A DNA stretch of 64,000 nucleotides from Takakia lepidozioides (taxonomy: Eukaryota; Plantae; Bryophyta). The notes beneath the pieces are model-generated. The model was not told the DNA's origin and did not search any database. It saw nothing but the letters and a program-made list of their open reading frames with translations. This document shows, piece after piece, positions 46,601 through 59,510 of the stretch (positions are counted from its first letter, which is position 1; every line of letters starts with the position of its first letter). The position numbers were made by a program, and so were the translations under genes. Location of the stretch: the NCBI GenBank assembly GCA_030704615.1, contig CM060731.1, forward strand, positions 44,888,001 through 44,952,000, in the 5' to 3' direction.

Positions 46601-49165
46601 TCCTTCAATGGCATTTGCCTGAACCAGGTAAGAAGACTGGAGCCCCTCTTCCTATTTCCACATTGATGACATTAATGTTTATTCTGCTACTTTCGATTCT
46701 CACCTCATTGACCTGCAGCGTGTGTTATGTCGTCTCAAAGCTGCAGGTCTCAAGGTTAAAGCCAAAAAATGCGATTTCTGCATGGCAGAGCTCAAATTTC
46801 TTGGCCACATCCTTTGTGGGGAAGGCATCAAACTTGATGTTAGCAAAATCTTATTTCACCGTGGAGACAGATCATCTACCTCTCAAAGCCCTTAAAACTC
46901 CTCGAGAATTGTCCGGCAGACTTGCTAGATGGTCTTTACTTCTACAAGGCTTTGAATTTGACATTGTTTACAAGAAGGGGAAGGAAAACAACAATGCTGA
47001 TGTGCTTACTCGGGGAGAAACCAAAACGCCTGTTCCTTATACAACCCTAGATGACTTGGCTTGCATGCAGAATCCTGATCGTTTGCTGCCTGATTCACAT
47101 CCATGTGTAACCTTTTTGAGTTTGATGGATGAGTTACCCTATGCCCTTACGCCTGCTGGGGATCTCATCACTTTTGATGTTCATTAAGATGGTCACCTTG
47201 GTACTTGCATGTCTGGACTAAGTCTTCTTTGCTTGATCTCTACTGCCTGGTTACTACAGCAGTACCTTTTTCTTCTTCATGGTCAGGTGTTTTTATGGAA
47301 ACTTCCCTTAAGACCTGTACTTCATGACCAGTCTACCATCATAGATAAGCCTGATACATATGCGATGCAGGGTTCTATTATTTGAAGACCACAGGGGCGG
47401 ACACTTCTAATTACCTGCTATTAACCCACTGTTTCCTTGGCTCTGTGCATGATAGGCATGGATGACTCCCTGTTCGCAGCCCTTCTCCACAAGTGCAAGG
47501 CCAGCACACAACTCCTAGGTATTTCCAAGACACTTCAAAGGCAAGTTAACTATCACCTTCCCTGTCATGTGGAACGTGAAGGTAAATTGTTGAAGAACAT
47601 TGTCTTGGATGGCCTTATCAAAACCGTGGAGGTTCCTAATAGGAGCTAAATTCCAGAGTTGCTTGAATTATATCATGCCTCACCTTTTACTGGTCACTTT
47701 GGTGTGACAAAGACTGTCAAGCGTTTGCAAGAACTGTATACTTGGAAGGGTATGCATCAGGACGTTGCCTCATTTGTTTCTAAGTGTGTTGCATGTCATG
47801 CCAAGACATTGCTTCCTCGGGCTCGCGCTTCATTACCCATGCAGCCTATACCTGTCACTGGCTTCTTTGACAGGGTAGGCTTAGATCTTGTGGGACCTCT
47901 TAAACTCACCGAGAAGGGTCACTCCTACATAGCCGTGGCCACTGACTACTTCTCTAAATGGGTTGAGTTCCAACTTTTGGCCGCGAAGGATGCAGACTCA
48001 GTTGCACAGTTTTTCTTTGATGAAATCATTCTAAGGCACGCATGTCCTCTTGAGATACTTACAGATCAGGGTACCGAGTTCTGCAATCAGCTGATTTAGA
48101 TGATATGCTTCAATCTTGGGATAAAACACCGCACCACGACACCTTATCATCCCCAGTGCAACGGTCTAACTGAGCGATTCAATAAGACCATGTGTGCCAT
48201 TTGGAAGAGAATGGTTCTCTGTTGGGTGATTGAGATGTGGCTCTTCCAGTTTTGATTTTTGCTTATAGGACATCCATTCATGCAAGTACCAGGTATACTC
48301 CCTTTGAGCTTGTATATGGCAGACTTGCTCGCAGCCCTTTACATGACACTCCGCTGATTCCAGTTACTAGTACTGACCCCATTGATTGGGATTCATTCTT
48401 GGTTGAGGTGTCTGCTAAAAGGCAAAAGCTCCAATCTTCTGCCAAAACTAACATTGCCAAGGCCCAAGCAATTCAGGCTCGCAATTATAACCGGCGTGTG
48501 TGCTATTCTGAAGAATTTCTGCAGGGTCAATCTATGTGTGTGCGGCTCCAACAAGGGAAAATCATTTCCAAGGCTTCCAAGCGTATCGAGGGCCCCTATC
48601 TGATTACGGACGTTTTGCGGGGCAGACAGTTTAAGCTGCTCCCTCAACATCCCTCTGTCCCTCCTCTTCCCTACAATGTCCATCTTGATTCTCTTGTGCA
48701 TTGCAAATTAGTTTTTGATCTCACTTGTATTAATGTTGAGGGCTGTTGTGTTATTCTAACCCCTGGCCGTGCTGCATGAGTGCAGATCATAAGTTCATGC
48801 TTTTTGCTTTTAAAACTTGACCATGTGCAGTGGTGGAGCTGCATCAGTTTTTGTGTGGCTTGGCTTGACTTCACCAACTAGCTTTAGTGTTTTTGAATAG
48901 ACATCTGATTGTGAGAGACGATGAGAGCTCCGAACTGCTCTTATGAGCTTGCATCAATTGTATGGTTTGGGGTTTTTCCTGTTGGGGGTTTTATCCTTCA
49001 CCCACCTTGCAGGGTAAGGTTTTCCCCCACAGGTTTTTTCATCCCTCTCCTATTGGATGCCTAGTCCTACTTTTGAATTTGAATTTGGCTCAGTGGGCCT
49101 TGCATTGGTAAACTTTCCGAAGCTCGCTGGAGCTCACTTCTACTGGCGTGGGCGGGTCTTACATA

Positions 49166-49655
49166 TGTAAGGTGGAGTATTCCACCTGTTGCAGATGCTC
49201 TTTCTGTTCGTTGGCTGGATGAAAAGCAGGGTGGTTGGTGAAGATAATTAAATGAGCCTAATGTTAGCCTAGGCCTTGTCTCATTCCAACAGTAACCTAA
49301 TCAGACAGGGTGATTGCTGATGTGTGGAAGAAACTTAAAGAAATCCTGGTAGCCAATAAGAGGCCACCATTTGCCATTCTAGATTAGCCCTTTTCTTAAT
49401 ATAAAAAGCGGGTGGCTTATGCCAAACGCAGGATGTTTTTGGGTGATCAGCACTGTGTACTTGGATGTGCCAGGTAGTTGGATGATTTGCACTTGATACC
49501 CTTGCATGTGATTAGATTGGCCCACCTATGAGAGTCCTCTAGCGAGAGATCCTTCCCATCTAGCTTGGCGTGCTTTACTGGCTATTTCCCCCCTTGAGCG
49601 CCCAAACACACAGAGGAAAAGGGTATATTCCCCGGGTAGAGAAATTGGTCTAACA
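49166..49655 (+). repeat. 3' LTR
   Basis: TGTAAG...CTAACA, preceded by the G-rich tract GGCGTGGGCGGG (weak PPT). Confidence 0.9.
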
Positions 49656-50705
49656 TCCTCAAAGACATGTTCACATTATTGTTACCACTCACCCCACCTC
49701 CTACCACAAAAAGTTTCATCAAAATCCAACTGCCAGATTTGAAGACTGTAAAGTGTAGAGCGAGGTAAAAAAAAACCCTTTCCCTTGACGTAATAGATGC
49801 CAAAAAAAGAAGTTTTTAGATCGCATTTGGGCAGCTTTAATTTATTTTTCTGAGAGTCTCAAGAGTGTTGTTTCCATTGTTCTCCTGGTATGTTCTCCCT
49901 TTGTAGTGACAAATCGGTTTCTAAATGTTATGGGCATCCATGTCTGAAAATTCTAAAAACATTCAGCTAAAGACATATCTTTTTCAGACTATAGTTACCA
50001 CCTTTTTTAAGACATTGCATAGGAAGCAAGGGCTGGGGTCTTACTATGGACTCAGGAATTGCCGCTTTTTGCAGCTCCTCCAATTTGGGAGCCAAAATTT
50101 TACCAAAGTTTGGCCTCAAAAGGTCCACCACAAAATGTACTAGCTGTGTAAGCACAACCATAACCCGACTATGTTTGAGCATGCGCTGAAAAGAAAAGAA
50201 ACCCAAGCCCAGCAGAAACTATCAAGGAAGAACTTAGAGGCTAGAGGGGTGAAAAGGGTCACTTGGAAATCTGAGAAGGACACGTCCATCTTTATTCCAA
50301 GGAAAACAACAAAGCAAAGGACTAACAGGATGCCTGTCTCACCCAGACCATCAATGCAGTCAGATTCAAACCCTACACAAGGCATTCCCCTGACTAGCTC
50401 TTATGCCTTTCCGAAATAAGGACCAATCAGACAATGACATTGCATTTTTAGGTTCCCTGCCCAAGGCTTCAAATAACACACCTATGTTATATAGCATGCA
50501 AGCCTAGGAGCAGCTTCACTACACTGTCAAAGATCATGTTGGTTGGGAGCTTCTCAAGACATAGGCATGGAATTCACTTACAAGTCCAAAGGCATCTGAT
50601 GCGATCTCAGGAAATTCAGCTGCATGCAAAACAACAGGTTCAGCAGAAGGAGTAGGATTACCCCTGTTTTGCCTTGCTGCTGCCTTCAGTCTCATGGCTA
50701 CAAGA

Positions 50706-53313
50706 GGTATCACCTCAATCTTGTGGTCAACTCCTCTTCGCGGTGGCAAACCGCTTGGTAAATCCTCCGGCATCACATCCTAGTATTTCTCCAAAATCCC
50801 CTTGATCCAATCTGGGCTCGGCTCCCCATCGCCTTCTCCCTTCACTTCTCTAATGTAAAGCAAAAATTGGGGCTTGTGTGCCTCCTCCACGGCCCACTCC
50901 CTTGCTGACAGAAGGTTTATTCGCCCTCCCACGGGTTTGGGCGTTTCCAACACTCGTAAGATTTTGCCACCATCCCCACATGGTAGCGTGACTACCTTTT
51001 TGTGGCCATCTATGACCGCTCCGGATTTGCTCAAAAAGGTCATCCCCAAAATGAGATCCACTCCATCGATCTCGCAAATTTGTGAAGTTCTCACGTCCTT
51101 CCCATTTCCCTAGTTGAAGAGGGACATCGAACGCCAACCTCGTCGCCAATTGCGGTTCTCCTTTGGCAGAACGTACCTCAATAGAGGCCCCCACGTCACT
51201 TGTCAGGAGTCCCAGCTTTTGTGCCGTTGCCGGTGTCATGAAGGAGTGCGACGCTCCTGTGTCCACCAACAATGACACGTTAGTTCCAGATATTATCCCA
51301 TCCACGAACAATAACTGACTCCCTTTACGTAAGGCGCCAGTTTCCTGATACAGTTCACAAGAAAATTTGCCTACCTTGCAAGTCCTGGCGACCACCGCTT
51401 CCACCAAGCGACTGATGGTATCTTCCGACAGCTCTGTGGTCGCCCGAGTCATGTTCAATTGCCGGGGCTTCGTGCACTTCTTGGCCATGTGCCCGGGCTC
51501 CCCGCAATTGAAACACACTCCATTAAAGGTCGCCTTCTGTCCACCATAAGCCGCTCCACCCGCTTTTCCTTTCGAAGCACCGGGTGCCGCCTTGACGTGT
51601 GAAGGCCCTCCCTTCGATTTCCACGTGCCATTGTCGCCGCGTGGCCTATCCCACTTCTTTTCCGGTCGGAAGGAGTCACCTTCCCGCCGGGTCTTCTTGT
51701 GGTTCAGCTCCGTACGGCCTTGTCTCTCACCCCTAGGGACATCCGAGAAACATTCAGCCTTCTCAATTGCCTCGTTCAAAGTCTTGGGTGGCTTCTCCTC
51801 CAACTTCCGCCTGGCCCATGGGGCCAGTCCCGCCACAAAGTTGAAGACCATTTCTGGTTCTGCCATGTCCGCGACTTCGAGCAACAGCACATTGAAAGCC
51901 TGGACATACCCCCGAATGTCATCTGTTTGCTTCAAATTCCTCATCTTGTCCCGGGCAAGCCAGGACGCATTGAGGGGCACAAACTGTCTCTTCATCAATT
52001 CCTTGAACTCACTCCAGTTCAAGGTTTCCGGGCTTGGACCTCGGTCTTGAAGGCGTTTCTGCCACCATTGTTGAGCATAGCCCCTCAAATAGGTGGGAGC
52101 CACTTCCACCCGATCCTCGTCACTCAACTTGGCCGCCCGGAAGTACTGCTCTAGCTCCAGGAGCCAGGTGTTGAGTGCCTTCCGATTTCGGACGCCCTCG
52201 AAGGTGCCGGGTTCCTTAGGCTTCACCTTAAACTTTACCTTAGTGGAAGTGGCATTAGCCGCCTTCAACACGTCTTTCAACGTCCCGCCAAACTGCGCCA
52301 ACAACCCTTCCCAAAAGGCTGCCGGCATGGGAGACATCTCTTGGTTTGTCGGAGCTCTCAAGGATTCCTCGGGCTCCGACTCCTCGGATTCCTCCCGCTC
52401 TTGAGTGGCCTCGTTTTCGGAAACATGCATCGCTTCCTCAAACGGCCGCCTCGGTGACACGTCGCCCCCATCGGGCTCACCAGGATCATCATCTTTGGGC
52501 CGTTCCGCTTTCGCTTCAGCTTGCCCGACCCCATGATGAGGCCAATCCCAAGGACGATCGCGTACTGAACTCTAAGCTCTGATACCAAGTGTCGCGCACC
52601 TCACTTCGGTAAGCTCCCCCTCAAGTCATAGTTACTCGCTTTGATGCGCGCGCCTGACTCCCAACCTGGCCGCCGGGCCAACTTGGAGCTTCGGCTGCTC
52701 ACCGGGGCATAACGGTCCCCCTTTGTTCTCCCAAAGAACCCTCCACCGATTTGGAACCAGCGGGAATTCCCTTTGGTAGTTGGCAGTCCGGAACAGCTCC
52801 CCACTCTTTGGTCGTTTTCCGGCTCGCTCGCTTACTCACTAGTTTTTGGTCACCAACGGGCTTGCACCGTTCTCGGGGTTACTACTCCCTATATATACTT
52901 CTGTAGTTGTCCACGGGGGTTTCACAACCAGCCATGCCATTTTATGGCGAACCACCACGAAAACCCTCGACTCCCGGTGATGAGTCGCGGTGAATCTTGG
53001 CCCACTCACCACGACCCCTATGGACCGTGATGAGTCCCAAGACTCCCCACGACTCCCACCACGAGGTCTCCGCCCCCATGGTGAGTCATATGCCACCCCC
53101 ACTAAGTCCCGCTAAGCTACCACCACCCCTTGTGGAGCCACCCCCACCGCAACCCGGTGTGCGGGGCTCCACCTAGTGAGCGCCTCCGCTTCCCTGAGTG
53201 CCTTGGGCGCTCAAGGGTGCTTCAGCCCCCATACCTATCGCTGCCGCTGCCCCCCACGGGGGCAGCCCCTCATGTGTCCCAACCCCCTGCCCTCAAGGCA
53301 AAGGGCCGCGACA
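50706..53313 (-). mobile_element. Truncated Ty3/gypsy element (chromovirus-like): 5' LTR + gag + protease
   Basis: LTR 53313-52590 with TGTCGCG...CGCGACA termini. tRNA-iMet PBS TGGTATCAGAG (52587-52577). gag-PR ORF from 52460 with CCHC CFNCGEPGHMAKKC and protease LVDTGASHSF. Frameshift at ~51090 and stop at 50780. Homology ends abruptly after LPPRRGVDHKIEVIP, just before RT. Confidence 0.92.
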
Positions 53314-53777
53314 AAGTGCGTCTCCTATGTTGAGGCCCGAGTGCGACCTCTAAGGTAGCGTCTGCCGTTGGCCCAAGGGTCCAATGTCATCTAAGTCCAA
53401 ATGCATTTTTTTTCCACGGAGCCTACGACCAGATTTGAACCGGAGACCTTTATCTTGATATCTCTCCTCTCGAGGCTCCAACCATTGTCCCAGGAATTCC
53501 CACTTTGTTATTTTTCTGGAATTTCCAGCACTACAGCAAATGAGAGCCAGCCGCGCCCCCACGCCCCGCGCGGCGCTGAGCCCGCGGCGTTGTTTTGCGA
53601 CACCGTTACGATGCCCAGCCATCGTAAGGTGGCATGAAGGGGGAAAGAAGGCCCTTGCTGCGACGGATTTTTTTTTCTTGCGACGCCCCGACATCGGAAA
53701 TCCAAAAACAGTTTATTCTAGCGACGACCGAAGGTCGGAAGCTAGTTTAGCGTAGAGCAGGAATAGGGTGCCATAGT

Positions 53778-53871
53778 GCCACGTCATCGTAGCCACGTCA
53801 TCGTAGACACGTCATCGTCGTCATCAATTTCTTTGGAACCTGCCCAGAATGCCCGTGCGAAATAGGCCAAT
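53778..53871 (+). promoter_or_regulatory. Three tandem 14-bp units containing the bZIP hexamer CACGTCA, followed by CCAAT
   Basis: GCCACGTCATCGTA x2 plus GACACGTCATCGTC (53778-53819); CCAAT at 53867. Function is inferred only. Confidence 0.4.
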
Positions 53872-54167
53872 AGAAATCGCCGCGCCAACGTTTTAGGAAC
53901 TGCCCGCAATGCCCGGATCTTGATCTTCTTGAACCGCAGGAGCTCTGCGTTTTCCGCCATCATTCACCTTGCAAGCACAGGCATGGATAGCTGAAGGAGC
54001 AGGGATCGAGTGTGGGTCCAGATTCATAGATCGATCCGACATTATCTGACTACAGACACAAGCAGCACACACAACAGGTTATTGCCAGGCTGTGTTTCAA
54101 TCACTGCCTCCTATTAGTACCATGATTTGGTATTCTTCCTGATGTTTACAAGGTTCTTGCGAGTACT

Positions 54168-54430
54168 AGAGTCTGCCCTTGTTGACATGTATGTCGAATG
54201 TGGGAGCATGAACTATGCATGTCAAGTTTCAACAATATGGCAAAATGAAATATTGTCCCTTGGAGTTCAGTGATTGCAGGATGTGCTCTGCATGGGTGCA
54301 GCAGGGATGTTTTTGAGACCTACGAGCAAATGCAACTTGAAGGGGTAAGGTCGAACAGGGTCACGTTCATTTGTGTTCTCAATGCATATGCCAAATTTGG
54401 AGCCCTGGAAAATGACAAGCGGGTCCCTGC
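54168..54430 (+). pseudogene. PLS-class PPR gene fragment
   Basis: ESALVDMYVECGSMNYACQV/...NIVPWSSVIAGCALHG...EQMQLEGVRSNRVTFICVLNAYAKFGALE (S-P-L motifs), with a frameshift and a stop. Confidence 0.85.
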
Positions 54431-54570
54431 TGACTTTAGGAAAACTGTTGCACATTATATTAGCTTGGACACAATCAAGGCAAAAAGGTGAATGCCTGTT
54501 GGAAGTAGAAGAAAGTCAGCATAGGAACTAGTGTGATAAGTCTAGGCTGTATGAGTATCCTTGCTTATAG

Positions 54571-55028
54571 CTGCATTCATGAGGTGAAATCATGGAAGCT
54601 TCGGACGCAGTCCTTGTGGCATTTGCAAAAAGTGGGCAATTGAGTCGAAATGATGCTTGTCCATGCGGCTCTGGAAAGAAGTACAAGAGGTGGGTTCTCG
54701 CTTTTTTCACAGCTCCTCTCATCTCTCTGCCCCATTCCAATGGGAGTGTTGTAAGGCGGAGAGAAGCAATGTTTCTGGCTACTTTATCTCACACTCTTAC
54801 TTAAACAGATGGATTTTGTGGCTAGATGAGTCAAATTTCAAACTTAAAGCAAAGCAAGTAGTACTATCAAACATCATGTAGCCTGGCAATAAGCTGGCCG
54901 TGCGGCATCTGTGGCTTGAACACTATCTTACAAGCAAAGTATGCTCCAAATAAATTGCCTATCCTTTACTAGACCATGACTGGTAAAAATCTCGGGAGTT
55001 CTGTTGCAGGTGTTGTGGGAAGTCATAA
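54571..55028 (+). pseudogene. Last two exons of a SEC-C motif protein gene
   Basis: Exon 54571-54689, GT-AG intron, exon 55010-55028 give [40 protein letters not shown]. In-frame TGA at 54580. No upstream exons found. Confidence 0.75.
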
Positions 55029-55317
55029 GCTTGGACTTGAAACAGAGAAGTCATGTTGCACAAGCACGCACTTATGAAGAGTTTGTGCTCTGTTGTGAGG
55101 TCAGGTGGCCTCCTGCCGTTTTATCGTTTTGGTCACCTACTTTCATTCCAAAAGGACTTTGACAGTCATGGTTCTAGATAGGTTGGACAACATTTGTAGG
55201 CTCTAGGATCTGTAGCTCCAATGAGAGCAATGTTGTTGAGCCTGCAAAGTATTTGCTATGAATGCTATCATGCTTTGGAGCTGGTTTTTATGCTAAACAC
55301 TTGGACTTTGTTTGTAG

Positions 55318-57101
55318 GGAGGTGGGAGTGCGCTGCAAGAAGATTGTCCTCTATTGAGGACAGTTTTTGAACATTGTCAAAAAGTCACATCCCACTCATT
55401 GAGGACCAACTGGCCTCTATAAAAGCTGACCAGGCCAAGTCCAATGAGGAGAACCAAGAAACTCGACGCATTGTTGGGATTTATTAAAGAGATGTCACAT
55501 CCCCTCCCTCAACTCCCTTCTCCTTCTTCCATATAACCACCATTGGTTCCTATCATTGAGGGGGCGGATGATGGTGATGAGATGCTTAACAACAAGGTCA
55601 TAGGACCCGTTGAAATTGATGACACTTGATGCAATAACCTTAGACCAGATTGCTGCAGAAGACAATAATCCCATCGCTGTCACCATGGTGTTCCACAGAA
55701 GAAAATTATGAGCCACCCTCCTTTCTCCTCTTTTCTGTTTTATGATGACCACGAAGGTAGAGTAGTTTGTGCTTGCTCATTGGCTAGAATGGATTGTAAG
55801 GGGTGGATGGAAACCATTCTCAGAATGGAGAGGGTCGATATCCCCTAATAAGCTTATCGCTATGGAAAAGAAAGGAGGGGCGAGCCACAAGGGAGATCCC
55901 CATAAATTGGCACGGAAGAAGGGATGTTGAAGGACTTGCAGAAAGATGGGGATGACTCAAGCCCCAATGATAGTGGCGGAGGAGGTGAGGGTAAGGGGAT
56001 GCTGCAAATTAATAAACGTGTAGAAGACAATTTCTCCGGTGAAAGAGGTGCATGACAGCCCCCCCTCTTCTGCCATTTATTACTTTTTTAGATTGTTGAT
56101 GAGTTAGATTGTTCTGCAAGTGCTTCAGTGCATGACTTTGCTTGTTTCAATATCTCCATTTTGTGAATGTGTGGCTCATCTTCTTAGGTATCTGGAAAGG
56201 GGAAAAAAACAAATAACACTATCTCAGTCGTGGTGAAGGGAGGACCTAAAAGAGCGCTGAAAAGAACAGAACGTAACACCAGAGCCAACGCAAAGGAGGC
56301 CTCCAGGTTGAATGATGTTTCTGATGCAACACTAAACGACAGCAGAAGTAAGGAGACGGGTCTTGAGGATGCATCTCATCACATTACAAATGAGGTGAAT
56401 TCTGGTCAATTCCCCTTGTGTGTTTTCGATCATGTTCATGAACGAGTCTGAATGTCATCTAGTTTACTTTGCAATACACAAATTATTTGGTAAGGGGTAG
56501 AGGGAATGATATGCAAGCCGAGGGAAAAGTTGTCATTACTTCCACATCTGCAGCAAATGCACAGCCTTCCAAACAAATCTAGCGGGTCGAAAGAAAATTA
56601 TTTCCAACCGTGGCCGACGTTCTTCAATTGCCAAAGGTACTAATGTCACTTTGAGTACAGTTGTAGTGAAAAGTTAGTAGGATGTGATTCAGAGAGAGAG
56701 TGAGAGAAGACTGCGGTCGAAACCGGTGTAACTAAGAGGCATTTCACTTTACGGCTATTGCCCCCTTTCGGAGGTGGGCCCTATGATGCGATTCATTTTG
56801 TACTGAATGGCAATGTGGTGAGGGCTGGGCACAGTTCAAGCATAAGGACAAAATCGCCTTGTATGATATTCGATCATCGCAAAATAGAGCTGGTGTGAGG
56901 ATTGTCACTGGTGTCCCCAAGAAAGTTAAGTATCACTGTTGTGAAATTCCCGAAGGCATTTTCATCATTGAGGTGACTAATGTTTACAATGGAGATTGCC
57001 CGTCGCCTCATCCTAACGAAGAAGATGATCCACCGCAGACGGAACTATACCAAGTCTTGAATCCCTTCCAAGCTCCAGCTACCCAACTTCATTTACTTTG
57101 A
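55318..57101 (+). mobile_element. CACTA (En/Spm) TnpA-like spliced ORF remnants
   Basis: Several AG/GT-bounded low-complexity exons end in VKYHCCEIPEGIFIIEVTNVYNGDCPSPHPNEEDDPPQTEL, which resembles the Tnp1/En/Spm C-terminal domain. Stops are present. Confidence 0.5.
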
Positions 57102-57160
57102 AACCCTAAAAGTGCCCCTCTTTGTTTACACGGTGCTCCAAGGCTCAAGCTCGTCCACTG

Positions 57161-57300
57161 CAGGCCAAGTCACTATTGGTAAGCAAGCATCTTACTTGAT
57201 TTGAATGATGGTACGTGCTGGTACGTAGTGTAGGCCAAGTCACTATTGGTAAGCTTTCATTTTTGATATTGAAGATTTGAATGATGGTACATGCTGGTAC
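57161..57300. repeat. Imperfect ~70-bp tandem duplication
   Basis: AGGCCAAGTCACTATTGGTAAGC...GATTTGAATGATGGTAC.TGCTGGTAC occurs twice. Confidence 0.85.
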
Positions 57301-57589
57301 AGTGCACCACTTATCGCTCCAGTGGACTCCCTAAGTAGACTTGGTCTAACCAGATCTTGAGCATGAGTGATAGCCCAGGATGTACCGGTAGTACAACAAT
57401 GAACTAGGCATAATCTTCAATATTGGGAATCTTCTCAGATATGTTATTCAAGGCCACAGTAAAATCAAACGTCTAGTTTTTCAAAGATGCAGTTTAAAGA
57501 GGATGGCAGGAGGTGGGTAGGTAAGTTGCAAAGAGGTTGGATAATAATTTGCAAACTCCTTATTACTGAAGGGTGTTTTTGGCATGCCG

Positions 57590-57880
57590 GGGTACTAAGT
57601 ACCTTCCAGGAACTTGTGATTTTGGCACCACTACAATACGAACAAGAGCTGAAAAGGAAGAGTAAGAGAAAGGAGAAGTTGAAGAGGGATAACTATGAGA
57701 AAAGATTAGAAGAAATCTTGAAGAAGTATGCCACAGAGGCTGCAACACATTGAGGAAGGGTGTTTGGTGTGCAAAGTGCCAGAATGAAGGCCATACCACC
57801 ACTGAATGCCACATGAAGGAGAAACATTGTACTATCTGTAAGATGGATAACCATTCTACTGAGAATTGTTACTACAATAG
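57590..57880 (+). mobile_element. Isolated gag remnant with twin CCHC zinc knuckles
   Basis: WCAKCQNEGHTTTECHMKEKHCTICKMDNHSTENCYY at ~57764-57874. Confidence 0.6.
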
Positions 57881-59510
57881 AAGGACAGCTGCAAGAGAAC
57901 CTAGGCAAGTAAGGGTGTGAGAAGGGAATATTGTATGTACCAGGAATAGTGTAGTACAACGTATCACTTACACACTCTTACACACTCTATAATTTAATAT
58001 GTGTGATTGGTGCTCGCTGTTAGGGGGACGGTACTATGAAGCAATCAATGCTGGTTTCAAACTTTACAAAAATTAGCGAGGAAGAGCATTTTGAGGCTGT
58101 GAAAAGACAAAGAGAGCAAATTGAAGCTGAAGTGCGTCCACCCGGGACAGTTCTGCCTAGTCCATCATGACGGAGGGTGGGACGTCTTCGTAAAGGTGAA
58201 AATCATGTGGCCCTTTTTTTGCCTTAAGTACTTGCTCAAGTTCCACCTGCAGTTACGGTTCAGCCTAGGAGCGACATTCATTCTGATGCAAGTTGCAAAC
58301 GCCAGTGAAAATAACGTGATGACTACACCAATTGGTTCAGTGTGCAATTGTGGCCTCCTATCGAAGCTGCCATGAAGCAGCTTACAAACCCCAGGGAGGT
58401 AATAGACTACCTCCAACGTGCATACAGGTTCCCAGACCAATTTGCAAGTCCCTATGACAAGTTGGCTATATCAAGTTATTTCACCACTAGTGTGAAACTA
58501 GCTAGGAAATAGCTAGCTTTTACATATTGACATTTGGGATTGGCCCAAGTGTCACTCCAGGGGTCAAGGCAGATTTAAGCCCTAGAGTGGTTATCTTCAC
58601 GGCAAGCGCGGGAGGCTCATCTTTCTCGAGTTGAGCCTCACCGCGCCTAGCTATGGCGCCGTAGTGTGGATTCCCCATGGCGTGGGGTACACTTGGCTTG
58701 ACTTGTATTTGAGTGATGAGTTTATATATGCATGAGTTTATGCTTCAGCTTTGTGAGCTCGCATGAGCTTGTGCTTGTATTCTTCTTCTTTATCACTCGA
58801 GAAAGATGAGCTCGTATCTGTAAGTGCCAGATACGAGTTAGTTGTAGCATTTGTGGTTTTTGCTTGAGAATGAGAGAAACCAGGTTGTTATGCAAGGAGC
58901 ACCGTGGAGCTCTTGGTTGTTAGAAGTGGAGGTGATGTGGGTTACGAGGTGGTAGACCGTGGCATTCGATCTTCAGCTTCAGAGATGAAAGCACCATGGT
59001 GCAGGTAATTCCAGAGCACCTTGATGGTTTAAGATTGTGTACATGCATGAGCAAACATGATTGGGAAGAGGACCAGTCAAGAGCAGGTTATAGTGGCTTT
59101 GGTGGCAAAGCTGAGAACTGGACTTGGAAATGCGAGCTTTCATTGTGTGAAGGATTGCAAGACCAAGCGAAAGGGCTGATTTGGCTTGGGGCAAATCAGT
59201 GCACTTTGTGGAGTATGTTGAGATTGTGTTTCAATCTCGAGCTTCAGCATTGAGATGGCTCTTGTCATGGCAAGAGCAGGGTTGGAACAGGAGCCAAGAG
59301 GTGCGGCAAGGCCATGGAATGTGCACCTAGGGTTTCAGAGCTTGGAAGAAGAGCTCTTGCACCACAAGAGGAGTGTCTTGTGGCTGGAAATGTAAGCCTT
59401 AGGGTTTCAGGAGCTTGGCAAAGTCTGTGGAGTGCTTAGTCTTGTCTTAGAGAGCATCAAGGAGCCAAGGAGTCAAGATAGGGGGCTGATACCTCTTGTG
59501 TGAAGGGGTT

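Larger units (their letters stand above)
43187..49655 (+). mobile_element. Ty3/gypsy LTR retrotransposon, two LTRs, defective (most of RT deleted)
   Basis: LTRs 43187-43666 and 49166-49655 (~97% identical by eye). PBS TGGTGGAGATG at 43667. gag with CCHC CYICKGKDHVTRFC (~45846), protease IVDTGC (~46150), RT C-terminal remnant (LKVKAKKC..LKFLGH, ~46750), RNase H end TDHLPL...RLARW (~46860), integrase HHCC plus DDE core (47659-48700). Flanks TCCT/TCCT. Confidence 0.93.

Noticed and set aside
51592-52404. Plus-strand ORFs opposite gag (and similar antisense ORFs over the kinesin)
   Set aside because: Shadow ORFs of GC-rich coding sequence on the other strand.
58036-58195. Transposase N-terminus with an AT-hook-like RRVGRLRK
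   Set aside because: Short, contains a stop, and has no catalytic domain, so it cannot be assigned.
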